From: Acidimicrobiales bacterium | Lineage (GTDB): Bacteria; Actinomycetota; Acidimicrobiia; Acidimicrobiales; BPGG01 | DNA: 64,000 nt | Direction: 5' to 3' | Assembly (NCBI GenBank): GCA_026002915.1 | Contig: BPGG01000001.1 | Location: 474,122-538,121 of the forward strand | Shown: one piece after another, positions 38,280 through 46,990 of the stretch | How the letters are laid out: the number at the start of each line of letters is the position of its first letter | Position numbering within the stretch: position 1 is the stretch's first letter | Notes under the pieces: model-generated | What the model was told of the DNA's origin: nothing | What the model saw: the letters and a program-made list of their open reading frames with translations, nothing else | Database searches by the model: none | Program-made: the position numbers and the translations under genes

Positions 38280-38897
38280 CTACGTCTCCCGCTTCACACA
38301 CAGGTTCACCCGCGCCTCCACTACCGGGACCGCCCTCGTCCCCGCAGGGCAGTTCCTCGTCAGCGGCACCTTGGAGACGACCACCAACGAGTCTCGGCGC
38401 CCGCAAGGGACCGTCTCGGCGGTACGTCCGCCCGAGAGGGAGCGCTCCGATACACAAGAGCCCTCGGGCACCGACTCGGTGGTGACCACGTCCACGTCCG
38501 TAGCCGGGTCCGACGAAGCCAGCAGGACCATCGCCACCAGCGCCCCGACACCGACCAGCGCGGCAGCCAAGTGCCACCCACGAACCCGCCTCGCACGAGC
38601 ATCTCTACCGCCGTGAGCTGATGTCCCCGGCTGCCAGGCGTCCGCGCCGCTCGCTGCAGGGACACGGTAGCCACGAGCATGCAACGGCAATCCTGATCCG
38701 GCCGAGGCCCTTTGCAGGGTTGACCACGCCGCCTCCACCTCTCGCAGGCGGCGGCGGAGCTTCTCTTGCTCGGATCCCTTTGCTCGCATCAGCCGCTGCT
38801 GCAGCGTAAGCGCGCGCCGGCGGTACGCCTCCCGGATCTCCTCCCAGGACGCATCCGGTGGCACGCCGAGCACCTGATGGGGATCTCCCGTGGCCAC
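38280..38897 (-). CDS. J-domain-like single-pass membrane protein lacking the HPD motif
   Basis: N-terminus DPHQVLGVPPDASWEEIREAYRRRALTL...EVEAAWSTL resembles a DnaJ J-domain, but QQR replaces HPD. TM segment WHLAAALVGVGALVAMVLLA, then a C-terminal domain with 4 Cys. Confidence 0.5.
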   Translation of the reverse strand: MATGDPHQVLGVPPDASWEEIREAYRRRALTLQQRLMRAKGSEQEKLRRRLREVEAAWSTLQRASAGSGLPLHARGYRVPAASGADAWQPGTSAHGGRDARARRVRGWHLAAALVGVGALVAMVLLASSDPATDVDVVTTESVPEGSCVSERSLSGGRTAETVPCGRRDSLVVVSKVPLTRNCPAGTRAVPVVEARVNLCVKRET

Positions 38898-39011
38898 ACC
38901 CCCCGACCGACACCGCTACCGATCAGACAATCAGACTACGACCGGTCGGCGGGCGACCAGATCAGCGCGGGAGCGAGCCCGGTGGAGCCTCGGTCGGGCG
39001 TGGCGAATCGA

Positions 39012-39551
39012 TCAGGTGGCGACTCGCTCTCGACCCCTTCGCGCGAACAACAGCGCGATCCCCCCGATCGCCACCAGAGTCACCGCGATGCGCAGCAACA
39101 GAAGCGGCCAGTCCGAGCCGGTCGCCGGGAGCTGCTCCGGCGGCGCCACCGTCGTCGGGACGAAGCCGCGCCCGACGACCAGCACGTTCGACGCTATCTC
39201 CCCCTCAGGACAGCGGACGGTGATCACGTACTCGCCGTCGACATCGAAACCGGGCGGGAGTGGGAAGGTGGCGTCCACGTTTCCGTCCGGGTCGAGGTCT
39301 GCGGTCGTGACGCCGAGCAGCACCTGGTCCCGCGGCGACGCGGCCGGCGCGATGAAGAACCTGACGACGTCCCCCGGCCTGAACCCGGATCCGACTATGT
39401 GCACCTCTCCTGTAGACGGGATCACGGGAGGGTCGAGGATGAAGCCGCAGCTCGTGGCGTACTGGGCATACGCCGGAAAGGCCGACGAGGCGAGGACGGC
39501 GGCCGCGATCGCCACGACGGCAATCATGCTCCTTTTGGCGATTCTGGTCAT
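39012..39551 (-). CDS. small secreted LPXTG (LPATG) cell-wall-anchored protein with an Ig-like domain (paralog 2)
   Basis: Signal peptide MTRIAKRSMIAVVAIAAAVLASSAFPAYA, domain with STGEVHIVGSGFRPGD and two Cys. C-terminal LPATGSD, a hydrophobic helix and an RRGRER tail. Confidence 0.75.
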   Translation of the reverse strand: MTRIAKRSMIAVVAIAAAVLASSAFPAYAQYATSCGFILDPPVIPSTGEVHIVGSGFRPGDVVRFFIAPAASPRDQVLLGVTTADLDPDGNVDATFPLPPGFDVDGEYVITVRCPEGEIASNVLVVGRGFVPTTVAPPEQLPATGSDWPLLLLRIAVTLVAIGGIALLFARRGRERVAT

Positions 39552-39634
39552 AAACAGCAGCTCCTCGACTCGCCGCGCACGTCGATGAGTCACATTACCC
39601 GCGAGCCCCGGCCGGCGCGTGGCGCCTCAGCGTA

Positions 39635-42034
39635 TCACCTGCGGGTTCGATCTCGGGGAGGCCGCAGCTTCTCGACCTGCACCCACAGGCTGAGGTCGGT
39701 CCTCGGCGCCGACTCCAGGCTCGCGGATGTGCCCTCGGCCGTCACCGCCAAGCCTCTGGAGCGCCCGAAAAGCGCCTCACCGACCGAATCCACCCTCACG
39801 CTCACCCTGTCTCTGTTCACGAGCGGTTGGTTGTACCACTCGAGCGAGTAACCCCTCGACGTGTCCACCACCCCGCGCAGGCGAAGGCGGAGCTCCCGCG
39901 TCCGACCGGGGAGTACGTCGACGACGGTGCCGTACACCCAGACCCCGAACTCCCGCTCGGAAGAGAGGCTGACGGCTTCCCCGTCCAACTCGGCACTCCG
40001 GAACAGATGAGGCGAGTACACCTCCAGCCAGACTCTGTTCGTCCCCGGCGGCAGTCCACGGTCGTTCGACCCGATCACCGAGGACGGCAGGTCGAGGCGG
40101 TCCAGGGTGTTCGTGAGCCGCACTTCCACCGTCGCATCCAACTCTCCGGTGGTGGGGTCGAGCATGGCCCGGTAGGCGATGTCGCGCTCGAGGAACACGT
40201 CCATCTTGTTGTTCCCTGCGTTCTGGGTGACGACGCCCACCAGGTCCCCAGATGCACGCGGGAACCGCCCGTCCAGACCCAGCCTCGCGAACACCTCCTG
40301 CTCCCGCCGGTGTCTGCTCCAAGCCAGCAGACGACCCTCTTCCACGACAGGGTCCAGCACGGCCGACGCCTCCCGCGGGCTCGGGATGTCTCCGGTCGTC
40401 AGCTCCTCGAAGACGATGCGACTGAGGTCCTCGAGAAACTCTCTGCGCGACCTCTCGTCGCCCGCGAACCTGAGGTACTGGTCGCGCATGAGGAACTCGG
40501 CGGCGTTGCGCGGGCCGATCCTCTCACGAAGTCCCGGCACACGAACCGGGCCCGTGAACTCCATCAGGGCACCGAGTGCAACCGGGTCGACTGCCACGAC
40601 CCCGTCTATGTCTCCGAAGCCGGTCTGGGGGTACACCTGAGCCAGAACCGATGCCACCTGCGGGAAGTCCGGCGAGATCGTCACGTCTTGAAGCAGCACC
40701 CATGGACGGAACCTCGCATACCGGCGCACGTAGTCCGCAGGGCCGTCCACCCGGCGCTCGTCCCGCCCCGGCGTGTCACGCAGCTCACGGATCGGCCCGC
40801 TCCTCGTCAGCACCAGATCCCCCGCCTCGACCTCGACCTCCGCCCACGCACCGACGAACCCACCCAGAGCTCTCGACTCTGCAGGCTGCGTGAAGATCAC
40901 CAGGTAGCGTCGCTTCCCCTCGGCACCCAACAAGTCCGGAGCGACCGCGACGACGTCGGCGGCGATCCTCGCGTCGTCGACGGCGTCGTCTACGAGCTGG
41001 ACCAGCTCGGAGACCTTGGAGCGCACGGGTGAGAAGAGGGGCATTCGCTCGACCCGCTGCAGGTCGTCCTGGGCGGCGCTCAGGTCCTCTGCGACTCTGG
41101 CGAAGTGCGGGCTTGCAGCCTGCACCAGCGACACGTCGATTCTCCCGTCTTCGAAGCGGAGGCGGTCCGTGTCCACGGTGGAGGCCAACGCCGCCGACGA
41201 CTCGGTGATCCTCCGGCCTACGCGGGTACCCACCACGAGCGCCTCTCGCTGCTGTGCCAACAAGGGAACCATCGTCGCAGGCCACGTCCACGGACCCGAC
41301 AACGCCGTCTCGGCTCTCCTGAACGATCCGGCCGCGGCCTCGAACGCCCCTACCGCGGCGCGCGACCGCCCGTCTCCGGCCGCCGCGAAACCCGCTGCTG
41401 CAGCCCTCCTGCCGGCTGCGACGTCCTCCACGGCGACCGCCGCCGACGCGGCCAGCGCCGCCGCCCCGACGACTACGACCAACCCTGCCGCCGCGGCGCC
41501 CAGATGGGCGCTACGACGCACACGGGACGGCGAGACCACGTAGAAGGAAACCAGCGGAGGACACACGGCGACCAGCGTGAGCACCGTCGAGAGGCCGTAG
41601 GGATCCAGCGGAGACAGGCGGAGAAGGCTCTGCGCGCCGAGCGCACCGACCACGGCACCGATCCAGCGACGTCGTCGGTCTGTGACGGCCGAGACGAAGG
41701 CGACACCTAGACCCACCAGCCCGGGCACCATCGCCCAGGCGTCGGCAGAAAAGGAGGAGGCCACCCCGCACAGGACGAACCAGGTCCAGCGGCGGGCACG
41801 CGCGCACACGACCGCGAGCACGAACCCGACCAGAGCGCGCAGGACGACATCTCCGACGGTGGTGCCGGCAGGCGAGGCCGTGCCGGCCACCGCGCAAGCC
41901 GCAGCCAGGACACCCACTGCGACGACGACGCGTCTCTCCGCAGATGAGCCGGATCCGTTCCTGCGCCTCGCTCCCGCAGCAATGTCCACCGGCGCGGCGA
42001 AGAGCGCGTCGAGATCTTCGGAACGTCGCCTCAT
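39635..42034 (-). CDS. DUF4012-like membrane protein (paralog 2)
   Basis: From Met 42034: N-terminal TM bundle, KRRYLVIFTQPAESRALGGFVGAW and SPDFPQVASV, colinear with paralog 1. The upstream 633 nt of the 1010-aa ORF are Arg-rich and overlap the capD-like gene on the other strand. Confidence 0.65.
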   Translation of the reverse strand: MRRRSEDLDALFAAPVDIAAGARRRNGSGSSAERRVVVAVGVLAAACAVAGTASPAGTTVGDVVLRALVGFVLAVVCARARRWTWFVLCGVASSFSADAWAMVPGLVGLGVAFVSAVTDRRRRWIGAVVGALGAQSLLRLSPLDPYGLSTVLTLVAVCPPLVSFYVVSPSRVRRSAHLGAAAAGLVVVVGAAALAASAAVAVEDVAAGRRAAAAGFAAAGDGRSRAAVGAFEAAAGSFRRAETALSGPWTWPATMVPLLAQQREALVVGTRVGRRITESSAALASTVDTDRLRFEDGRIDVSLVQAASPHFARVAEDLSAAQDDLQRVERMPLFSPVRSKVSELVQLVDDAVDDARIAADVVAVAPDLLGAEGKRRYLVIFTQPAESRALGGFVGAWAEVEVEAGDLVLTRSGPIRELRDTPGRDERRVDGPADYVRRYARFRPWVLLQDVTISPDFPQVASVLAQVYPQTGFGDIDGVVAVDPVALGALMEFTGPVRVPGLRERIGPRNAAEFLMRDQYLRFAGDERSRREFLEDLSRIVFEELTTGDIPSPREASAVLDPVVEEGRLLAWSRHRREQEVFARLGLDGRFPRASGDLVGVVTQNAGNNKMDVFLERDIAYRAMLDPTTGELDATVEVRLTNTLDRLDLPSSVIGSNDRGLPPGTNRVWLEVYSPHLFRSAELDGEAVSLSSEREFGVWVYGTVVDVLPGRTRELRLRLRGVVDTSRGYSLEWYNQPLVNRDRVSVRVDSVGEALFGRSRGLAVTAEGTSASLESAPRTDLSLWVQVEKLRPPRDRTRR

Positions 42035-42080
42035 CGGATCGACCCGGCCCTCTCCCGGCAGCAGAGCGCGGGCCCGAATC

Positions 42081-42099
42081 CGTCGGGCCGGCGACAACG
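42081..42099. promoter_or_regulatory. inverted repeat GGCCCGA-N5-TCGGGCC in a divergent intergenic region
   Basis: Read directly. Lies between the divergent starts of DUF4012 paralog 2 (42034) and the CapD-like gene (42142). Confidence 0.35.
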
Positions 42100-42141
42100 T
42101 CGCTCTACTAGGCGCACCAGAGACGCGATGATGGTGATGAT

Positions 42142-44046
42142 ATGAGCGAACCTCACGCGTCGCCGGACTCTCGCGAGGACTCGGCCGACGGCGTCGACGC
42201 CATGCCACTCGGTCTCCGGTTCCGCTGGTGGCTCGCCGTACACAAGGTGCCCGTCCAGATCGCAGGAGACTCCCTGGTCTGGTTGCTGGCCTTCTTCGCC
42301 GCGTCGATGTTGAGGTCCGAACCGGTGGTCCTGGAGAGTCCGACCGGTCCCCCACGACCGGGGCCGGTGTTCGGCATGGCTCTCGTCGCCTGTCTCGCCC
42401 AAGCCTCTTTCGGCACGCTGAGCGGCTTGTACAAGGGTCGATGGCGCTTCGGGTCCTTCGAAGAGGTCCGCCACCTCGTGTTCGCCGTCGCGTGCGTGAG
42501 CGGAGTGGCGATCGCACTCGACACCCTGCTCGGAAGCCCGGTCGGCCCGAGCGTCGCGCTGGGCGCCGCACCCTTCGCCCTGGTCGGGACCACGGCCGCC
42601 AGGTACGCATGGCGTCTGGACTTGGAGAGGAGGCGACGTCCCCGCCTCGAACGCTCCGCGCCCGCACTCGTCTTCGGTGCCGGCGAAGGAGGACACATGC
42701 TGATCACGGCGCTGCTGCGAGACCCCGAGAGCCCCTGGTTTCCGGTGGCCGTGTTGGACGACGACCCAACGTTGGTCGGCGGGCGGATCCGCGGTGTCCC
42801 GGTGCTCGGAGGGAGAAGGGACATCCCGAGGCTCGCGGCCGAGTTCGGGGCACGGGCGCTCCTGGTGGCCGTCCCCTCGGCGTCATCCGACCTCGTGCGC
42901 GAGCTGGCGAGGATGGCTCGCTACACGGGGCTCGAAGTGCGAGTCCTCCCACCACTGGCCGAACTCCTGAGGAGCTCCCCCACCGCGGCGCTGCGGCGCC
43001 CGTCGGAGATCGACCTCGTGGGTCGTCGGCGAATCGAGATCGACGAGGACGCGGTCACGAGGGTCCTTCGTGGACGGCGGGTACTCGTCGTCGGGGCGGG
43101 AGGAGCTCTCGGGTCTGAATTGGCCGCGAAGATCTCGCGCTTCGAACCTGCTGCGCTCCTGCTGCTCGACCGCGACGAATCCGGACTGCACGCCGCCCAG
43201 TTGCACGTGGAGGGCCGTGCCCTGCTGAACCGCGACGAGGTGATCGTCGCTGACATCACCGACGCCGAACGCATCGACGAAGTCTTCGATCGGCATAACC
43301 CGGAGGTGGTCTTCCACTCGGCGGCTTGCGGCCACCTCGCCCTCCTGCACCACCATCCCCGAGCCGCGCTCCTGACGAACGTGGAGGGGACCATCAACCT
43401 GCTGCGAGCAGCAAGTAGATGCGGGACCTCTCTTTTCGTGCACGTGAGTTCCTACTCGGCAGCCCACCCCGAGACGGTCCTCGGAGCGACGAACCGTCTG
43501 GCCGAACGGCTCGTCGCGGGCATGCGGCCGGACGGATCGGTCTGGGTGAGCGTGCGCGTGGGCCAAGCGGTGGAGAGCTCGTCCTCTGCGGTCAACACCA
43601 TCCGGCAGCAGATCCGGTGGGGTGGGCGCGTGACCTTGGCACACCCCGACCAGACCAGGCACATGGCCACGGCTGGAGAGCTGGCCCTGCTCGTTCTTCA
43701 GGCCGCCTCTATGGCCTCTTCCCGTCGGGCCGAGCGTCGAGTGTTGGTCGCGGAGATCGGGGAGCCGGTGAGGCTCGACGAGCTGGCCCGTCAGATGCTC
43801 GAGCAAGCCGAGTCGGACATGGAGATCGCCTACGGAGGACCGGTGCCCGGCGACTACGTCGAAGAGAGGATCTTCGCTCCCGACGAGACCAGAGAACCCA
43901 CCGAACATCCGCAGATCTCGCAAACCAGTGTGCCTCCGGCCGACATAGACATGGTGAGATCCTTGCTCGGGGACCTCGACTCCGCCGGGCTCAGGGACGC
44001 GCTCTCCCGTCTGGCCCGCGCACCAGACGGTGCGGCACACCCGTGA
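42142..44046 (+). CDS. membrane-anchored nucleotide-sugar 4,6-dehydratase/epimerase, CapD/PglF/WbpM type
   Basis: Four N-terminal TM segments, first Rossmann-like region LVFGAGEGGHML, second RRVLVVGAGGALGSELAAKI. Length of 634 aa is typical of the CapD family. Confidence 0.85.
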   Translation: MSEPHASPDSREDSADGVDAMPLGLRFRWWLAVHKVPVQIAGDSLVWLLAFFAASMLRSEPVVLESPTGPPRPGPVFGMALVACLAQASFGTLSGLYKGRWRFGSFEEVRHLVFAVACVSGVAIALDTLLGSPVGPSVALGAAPFALVGTTAARYAWRLDLERRRRPRLERSAPALVFGAGEGGHMLITALLRDPESPWFPVAVLDDDPTLVGGRIRGVPVLGGRRDIPRLAAEFGARALLVAVPSASSDLVRELARMARYTGLEVRVLPPLAELLRSSPTAALRRPSEIDLVGRRRIEIDEDAVTRVLRGRRVLVVGAGGALGSELAAKISRFEPAALLLLDRDESGLHAAQLHVEGRALLNRDEVIVADITDAERIDEVFDRHNPEVVFHSAACGHLALLHHHPRAALLTNVEGTINLLRAASRCGTSLFVHVSSYSAAHPETVLGATNRLAERLVAGMRPDGSVWVSVRVGQAVESSSSAVNTIRQQIRWGGRVTLAHPDQTRHMATAGELALLVLQAASMASSRRAERRVLVAEIGEPVRLDELARQMLEQAESDMEIAYGGPVPGDYVEERIFAPDETREPTEHPQISQTSVPPADIDMVRSLLGDLDSAGLRDALSRLARAPDGAAHP

Positions 44047-44695
44047 CGGTGACACCCCGGGGGACTGCCTTGGTCACCACCGAGCCCGCGCCCACGACAC
44101 TCCATGCACCGACCTCCACCCCTTGGCAGACCATGGCCCCTGCGCCCAACATCACACCTTCTTCCAAATGAGCTTGTCGCTCGACGACCGCGCCCGGGCT
44201 GAGCGTGGCGAAATCGTCGAGCTGCGCGTCCACCCCGACGACTGCGTTCGCGTTCAGATGGACGTGGTCGGAGAGAGTGGCGCCCGCTTGCACGATCGCC
44301 CCTGCCGGAACGTAGACACCCCTCCCCAGCTCGGCGTCCTCCGAGACGACCGCCGTGGGGTGCACGAGGCGAATCGCCAAGTCCCCGAGTTCGTCGTCGG
44401 ATCCAGTAGCCCGTTCCAGGAGCCGCCGACGCACCAGAGGCGAACCCACTGCGACGACGAACCTGCATCGCAGTTCCGCCAGCCTCTCGGGTGGTCCGAG
44501 AACAGCGACTCCTCTCCTGCGCACCTCCGGACGGTCGGTGGGGTCGTCGGAGAGGAACCCGAGGAACCGGTGGCGTTCCCCGACGGCCTCGAGGACGTCG
44601 AGCGCCTCCCTGGCGTGACCTCCCGCTCCGATGATGACCACGTCGCCGTCCACGTGCTCGTCTCCCTCATTCGGCCGCGCGGTGCACGGCGACAT
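43991..44695 (-). CDS. sugar N-acetyltransferase, NeuD/PglB/PglD family (left-handed beta-helix)
   Basis: VVIIGAGGHAREALDVLEA N-domain followed by hexapeptide repeats (VHPTAVVSEDAELGRGVYVPAGAIVQAGATLSDHVHLNANAVVG...). Start ATG 44695 or GTG 44653. The 3' end overlaps the convergent capD-like gene. Confidence 0.8.
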   Translation of the reverse strand: MSPCTARPNEGDEHVDGDVVIIGAGGHAREALDVLEAVGERHRFLGFLSDDPTDRPEVRRRGVAVLGPPERLAELRCRFVVAVGSPLVRRRLLERATGSDDELGDLAIRLVHPTAVVSEDAELGRGVYVPAGAIVQAGATLSDHVHLNANAVVGVDAQLDDFATLSPGAVVERQAHLEEGVMLGAGAMVCQGVEVGAWSVVGAGSVVTKAVPRGVTVTGVPHRLVRGPDGRARP

Positions 44696-45716
44696 GTCCG
44701 ACCGCCCCCGCCGCTCTGTGGGAGCCCGAGTCTGTCTGCGAGCCGCGCTCCCCGGCGAGGTGGGCACGAAACCAGTCGACCGTCCTCTCGAGACCGATCC
44801 GCAACGGCTCGCACCTGAACCCCGGGAACAGAGACGAGAGCCTCGCCGTGTCCGCCATCGAATGCCGCACGTCCCCGGGCCGAGGATCCTCGTGCACCAC
44901 CTCACAACTCTCACCCGTCGCCTCTTCGATCATGCGGACTAGAGTGAGCAGGTCTGTGCGGTCTCCGGCTGCCAGGTTCACCGGCTCCGGACAACTCACG
45001 CGTTCGACGACCGCACGACGCAAGATCTCGGTGACGCTCCCCACGAAGGTGAAGTCGCGACTCTGCAGCCCGTCCCCGAAGATCCTCAAAGGTCTTTTCT
45101 GAAGTGCGGCCGACACGAACGCGGGTATGACGGCAGCGTAAGCGTGGTCTGCAGGTTGGTAGGGGCCGTAAACGTTGAAGAAACGCAGGGCGAGTACCCC
45201 CAACCCGAACGACCGCTGCCATGCGAGAGCGTACGACTCTGCAGCCAGCTTGCTAGCCGCGTACGGGCTCACCGGGAACGTGGCCATGTCCTCGCGCTTC
45301 GGGAGCGTCTCGTTCGCTCCGTAGACCGAAGACGACGAGGCGACAACCACGTGCGGGACTCCGTTGCGCCGGGCCGCCTCCAACACGGACACCGTGCCGT
45401 CGGTGTTCACCCTGTGGGTCAAGACCGGGTCCGCGATCGACCTCGGGACCGAGGGGCGCGCCGCAAGATGTACCACCGCGTCGACGCCGCGGAAAGCTTC
45501 GTCGAGCAGGTCTTCGTCGAGAATGGAACCTTCGACCACCTCCACCGCTAAGCCGTCGAGGTTCTCACGCCGACCCGTGGAGAAGTCGTCGACCACGAGC
45601 ACGCGGGAGATCGACGATTCGGATTCGAGGACCCGGCAGAGGTTGCTCCCGATGAAGCCCGCCCCGCCTGTGACTACGACGACGAGACCCGCCTCGGCGG
45701 GTTCTGTTCGGATCAC
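44667..45716 (-). CDS. NAD-dependent nucleotide-sugar epimerase/dehydratase (SDR)
   Basis: VVVTGGAGFIGSNL and the catalytic YAASK. GTG start at 45716 chosen; the longer ORF to 45830 overlaps the divergent GT4 gene. Confidence 0.85.
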   Translation of the reverse strand: MIRTEPAEAGLVVVVTGGAGFIGSNLCRVLESESSISRVLVVDDFSTGRRENLDGLAVEVVEGSILDEDLLDEAFRGVDAVVHLAARPSVPRSIADPVLTHRVNTDGTVSVLEAARRNGVPHVVVASSSSVYGANETLPKREDMATFPVSPYAASKLAAESYALAWQRSFGLGVLALRFFNVYGPYQPADHAYAAVIPAFVSAALQKRPLRIFGDGLQSRDFTFVGSVTEILRRAVVERVSCPEPVNLAAGDRTDLLTLVRMIEEATGESCEVVHEDPRPGDVRHSMADTARLSSLFPGFRCEPLRIGLERTVDWFRAHLAGERGSQTDSGSHRAAGAVGHVAVHRAAE

Positions 45717-45739
45717 GGGCCGAAGCCTAACCTCGTGGA

Positions 45740-46990
45740 GTGAACCGCCCCGAGGAGAGTCCCGGCTGGTCGCCTGAAGCCACCGGCGCGCCCGACCCGG
45801 GCGAGAAGGACGAGACGGAGCCGTCTCCACGCGTCCTCTGGCTCATCAAGGGACTCGGACCAGGAGGGGCCGAGCGACTCCTCGTCGAGCAGGCCTCTGC
45901 ATCTGCGGGGACCGTGGAATACCGAACCGCCTACCTCTTGCCCTGGAAGAGCCATCTCGTCGGTGAGCTCGAAGCACGTGGCGTCCCCGTCACATGCCTG
46001 CAGGTGTCCTCCACCCAAGATCCGCGGTGGATGGTTCGCCTCGGGCGTCTGGTGGACGAATTCGACCCGGACGTCGTCCACGTCCACTCCCCTCTCCTGG
46101 CGGCGGCCACGCGCGTATTGGTGAGGATACTCGGAAGTCGACGACCCTCTCTGGTCACGACGGAACACAATCGCTGGCAACGACACCGCCTGCCGACACG
46201 GTTGGTGAACCGCCTCACGTTCCCTCTCGACGACGCAAGCGTCGCGGTGTCAGAGGACGTGAGACGTTCCATGAGCCCCCGAGCAGCGCTGAGCACGCAG
46301 GTGGTCCACCACGGGATAGACGTAGCGGCGGTCTCTTCCCTGCGCAGTGCCAGAGAGCGCACGCGAGCCGAGCTGGGTGTGGCGGGAGAGGAGTTCATCG
46401 TCGGGTGCGTAGCCAACCTGCGAAAGGAGAAGGCCCACGAGGTTCTCGTGGACGCGGCGAGGCAGGTCTGTGCAGAGGACCCCCGCGTCCGATTTGTGAC
46501 GGTGGGGCAGGGACCACGAGAGGCAGAGTTCGAAGGCCTCCTCAGGCGAGCCGGGCTCGGAGAGCGATTCGTCCACCTCGGCTACCGGCCCGATGCCGCG
46601 AGGATCACCAGCGCCTTTGACACCTTCACCCTCGCTTCCCGCCACGAAGGCCTTCCGGTCGCCGTCATGGAGGCGCTCGCACTCGGCGTCCCCGTCGTAG
46701 CCACGGAGGCGGGCGGGCTCCCCGAAGCCGTCGGCACAGGACCAGAGGCCGCAGGTCTTCTCGTCCCGGTCGACTCTCCGAGCGAACTCGCCGAGGCGAT
46801 CCTGCGAGTCGCCCGTGACGGGGACCTCAGGGCGAGGCTCTCGACCAACGCGTCGCGGAGGGCACAACTGTTCGACGCTCGCGTGTCCTGCGAGCGACTC
46901 GAGCGTCTCTACTCGGAACTCGCCCGTGCGCGTAGGAACCGGGCACGCAGAGGCCGACGTCTCGCTGCACGTTCCAGCAGCTCCCGGTAG
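45740..46990 (+). CDS. glycosyltransferase family 4
   Basis: GT-B pattern: LIKGLGPGGAERLL N-domain and E-x7-E region SRHEGLPVAVMEALALGVPVVAT. Confidence 0.85.
   Translation: MNRPEESPGWSPEATGAPDPGEKDETEPSPRVLWLIKGLGPGGAERLLVEQASASAGTVEYRTAYLLPWKSHLVGELEARGVPVTCLQVSSTQDPRWMVRLGRLVDEFDPDVVHVHSPLLAAATRVLVRILGSRRPSLVTTEHNRWQRHRLPTRLVNRLTFPLDDASVAVSEDVRRSMSPRAALSTQVVHHGIDVAAVSSLRSARERTRAELGVAGEEFIVGCVANLRKEKAHEVLVDAARQVCAEDPRVRFVTVGQGPREAEFEGLLRRAGLGERFVHLGYRPDAARITSAFDTFTLASRHEGLPVAVMEALALGVPVVATEAGGLPEAVGTGPEAAGLLVPVDSPSELAEAILRVARDGDLRARLSTNASRRAQLFDARVSCERLERLYSELARARRNRARRGRRLAARSSSSR

Noticed and set aside
42035-42667. N-terminal 211 codons of the 1010-aa ORF preceding DUF4012 paralog 2 (includes a HHHH run)
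   Set aside because: It overlaps the capD-like gene on the opposite strand and the divergent promoter. Its composition is Arg/Ser/Pro-rich. Paralog 1 aligns only from the Met at 42034 onward.
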